From positions 1 to 46,992 of the forward strand of contig DASWVL010000332.1 of NCBI GenBank assembly GCA_036406255.1: a stretch of DNA of 46,992 bases, given 5' to 3'. The DNA is from Zeimonas sp. GTDB lineage: Bacteria > Pseudomonadota > Gammaproteobacteria > Burkholderiales > Burkholderiaceae_E. The notes beneath the pieces were generated by a model. It had not been told where the DNA came from. It did no database searches and saw nothing but the letters and a program-made list of their open reading frames with translations. Within the stretch, counting starts at the first letter, position 1; each line of letters begins with the position of its first letter. This document shows positions 45,118 through 46,992 of this stretch, piece after piece. Position numbers and translations under genes: made by a program.

Positions 45118-45924
45118 ATGAAGGGTTTCGACTCGTTCGGCGGCAAGACCGCATTCGTGACCGGCGCCGGCACCGGACTCGGCCGCGCGTTCGCGTTGCG
45201 TTTCGCCGAACTCGGCGCGACGGTCGCGCTGGCGGCACGCCAGGCCGAGCGGCTCGAAGCGACCGCCGATGCCATCCGCGAGCGGGGCGGCAAGGCGCTG
45301 GTCTGCCCGCTGGACATCCGCGATCCGCAGGCGGTCGAAGCCACCATCGATCGGGTGGCGAAGGAAACCGGCCGCTTCGACGTACTCGTCAACAACGCGG
45401 CCGGGAACTTCATCTGCCGGGCGGAGAAGATCACGCCGAACGGCTGGAATTCGGTCGTCAACATCGTGCTGAACGGGTCGGCATACTGCGCGATGGCGGC
45501 CGGGCGCCGCATGCTCGCGCAGGGCGGGGGGAAGATCCTCAGCATCACCGCGAGCTATGCCTGGGTCGGCGGTCCCGGCACCGTTCACTCGGCCGCTGCG
45601 AAGGCGGGCCTGATCGCGATGTCGAAGACGCTCGCCGTCGAATGGGGCGGCCGCAACGTGCAGGTCAATTGCCTGTGCCCGGGCTTCGTCGACACCGAAC
45701 AGTCGCACGCGGTGCTGTGGCCGACCCGCGAAGGCCAGCAACGGATTATCGACCGCGTTCCCGCCGGTCGGTTCGGAACCGTGGAGGAAACGGTCGAGGC
45801 GGGCGTCTACCTGTGCTCGTCGGCAGCCGACTACGTCAACGGGGAAGTCTTCACGATCGACGGAGGGGAGTGGCTCAACAAGGGCGCCTTCGTCCTCTCC
45901 GACCTCGAGGACGGCCAGGCATGA
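45118..45924 (+). CDS. SDR oxidoreductase, 2,4-dienoyl-CoA reductase (DECR)-like
   Basis: TGAGTGLG, LVNNAAGNF..AE....NGW, HSAAAKAG in place of YxxxK, LAVEWG, IDGGEWL. Confidence 0.88.
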   Translation: MKGFDSFGGKTAFVTGAGTGLGRAFALRFAELGATVALAARQAERLEATADAIRERGGKALVCPLDIRDPQAVEATIDRVAKETGRFDVLVNNAAGNFICRAEKITPNGWNSVVNIVLNGSAYCAMAAGRRMLAQGGGKILSITASYAWVGGPGTVHSAAAKAGLIAMSKTLAVEWGGRNVQVNCLCPGFVDTEQSHAVLWPTREGQQRIIDRVPAGRFGTVEETVEAGVYLCSSAADYVNGEVFTIDGGEWLNKGAFVLSDLEDGQA

Positions 45925-46664
45925 GTCGCGTCGCGCTGATCACCGGCGCGAGCCGCAACATCGGACGCGCGATCGCGCTCTCGCTGGCGAGGGAAGGCTA
46001 CGCAATCGCCTGCCTGGCACGCGACGCATCGGCACTGCAGGAAACGGCGGCCCTCATCCGCGATGCGGGATCGGCGGTGTCCGTCCACGTCGGCGACGTG
46101 AGCGACGAACAGGCGCTGAACGATTTCGTCGCCGAGGCGCGCAGGGCGCACGGCGGAGTCGACGTGGTCGTCAACAACGCCGGTGTCATGCCGGAGGCAC
46201 GAACCGCCGAACTGAGCGTCCAGCGCCTGCGCGATACGCTCGAGATCAACCTGGTCGCGCAGTACGCGCTCGCCCGTGCGGCGCACCCGTCGATGCAGGA
46301 GCGTGGCGGCGGCGTCGTCGTCAACATCGGCTCGATGTTCGCTGCGATGGGCGTGCCCGGTGCGGCGGCGTACTGCGCCTCGAAGGCCGGCGTCGAGGGC
46401 CTGACGCGCGCGCTCGCCGCCGAGTGGGCGCGCGACGGCATCCGCGTCGTGTGCGTGGCGCCCGGATACATCGTCAGCGAGATCTCCCGTGGAGCCCTCG
46501 ACGATCCCGAGCTGTCCAGGCGAATCGTCTCGCGGATTCCGCTGCGGCGGGTCGGCCAGCCGGCGGAGATCGGCGAACTGGTCGCGTTCCTGGTGTCGGA
46601 GAAGGCCGCGTTCATCACCGGCGAGACCTTCGTCATCGACGGTGGCCAGCGGATGTCGATCTGA
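45921..46664 (+). CDS. Classical SDR oxidoreductase (3-oxoacyl/hydroxyacyl dehydrogenase-like)
   Basis: TGASRNIG, VNNAG, NIGS, YCASK, VAPG, IDGG; ATGA overlap. Confidence 0.93.
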   Translation: MSRVALITGASRNIGRAIALSLAREGYAIACLARDASALQETAALIRDAGSAVSVHVGDVSDEQALNDFVAEARRAHGGVDVVVNNAGVMPEARTAELSVQRLRDTLEINLVAQYALARAAHPSMQERGGGVVVNIGSMFAAMGVPGAAAYCASKAGVEGLTRALAAEWARDGIRVVCVAPGYIVSEISRGALDDPELSRRIVSRIPLRRVGQPAEIGELVAFLVSEKAAFITGETFVIDGGQRMSI

Positions 46665-46680
46665 CGGGAAGGGGGAGAAC

Positions 46681-46992
46681 ATGAACGTCCCGATGCGGGT
46701 GGACGAGGTCTTCGGCAGTGCCGCGCGGGAAGCGGGCGACGCCGTCCAGCTGCTTCTGGCGGACGGCACGGAGATCACCTACGCGCAGACCCATGCGCGC
46801 GCGGCCCGGCTGGCCGGCGCGCTGGTTTCGGCGGGCCTGCGCAAGGACGACCGCGTCGCCGGGCTGATGCGCAATTCGCGCGAGATCGTCGAGTTCTACA
46901 TCGCATGCGGCCTGGCGGGCGTCATCGGCGTCGCGATCAACGCGATGAGCACCGAACGCGAGATCGATCGGATTCTCGCCGACTGCGGGGCG
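46681..46992 (+). CDS. AMP-binding acyl-CoA ligase, N-terminal part (3'-truncated)
   Basis: Not in the ORF track; translated by hand. ATG after GGGGGAG gives ...ITYAQTHARAARLAGAL...GLRKDDRVAGLMRNSRE...ACGLAG...V.IN...EI..IL.DC; frame open to the window end. Confidence 0.88.
   Translation, partial: MNVPMRVDEVFGSAAREAGDAVQLLLADGTEITYAQTHARAARLAGALVSAGLRKDDRVAGLMRNSREIVEFYIACGLAGVIGVAINAMSTEREIDRILADCGA

Noticed and set aside
1-46992. CRISPR arrays, tRNA/rRNA, IS/transposase, integrase, prophage or anti-phage defence genes
   Set aside because: No spaced direct repeats, RNA gene signatures or relevant protein motifs seen by eye; small RNAs cannot be excluded without an Infernal scan.

Overview
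GC-rich, gene-dense bacterial DNA; the protein families look betaproteobacterial (Burkholderiales-like), which is an inference. About 47 CDS; no rRNA, tRNA, CRISPR array or mobile element was recognised. In order: (1) TRAP dctPQM, crotonase and family III CoA-transferase; (2) orphan sensor kinase and rlmJ; (3) a translationally coupled TonB-dependent receptor / YfiR-like / YfiN-type-sensor hybrid kinase cassette; (4) DUF488, BON, methyltransferase and a small secreted protein; (5) a split PTPS-IV (COG0720)-type cluster (RibD-C reductase, MDR dehydrogenase, PTPS homologue, GT4, CDP-alcohol phosphotransferase fused to a methyltransferase, second methyltransferase) wrapped around a divergent isochorismatase and an atypical AbfD/HpaB-family flavoprotein; (6) VOC, CDF, YgiD, AcuI-like, MFS, CMD, TauX-like and DUF169 genes; (7) tcuR-tcuA-tcuB, with tcuA lacking a canonical start codon; (8) a ~14.5 kb CoA-dependent catabolic cluster (Liv-type ABC, creatininase, two Old Yellow Enzymes, ACAD, crotonase, tandem IclRs, two SDRs, CoA ligase) with three matching operator boxes at near-identical promoter positions. 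The best candidates for undescribed systems are (5), (3) and (8). All calls come from motif reading by eye; no searches were run, and reference residue numbers are recalled and need checking by alignment.
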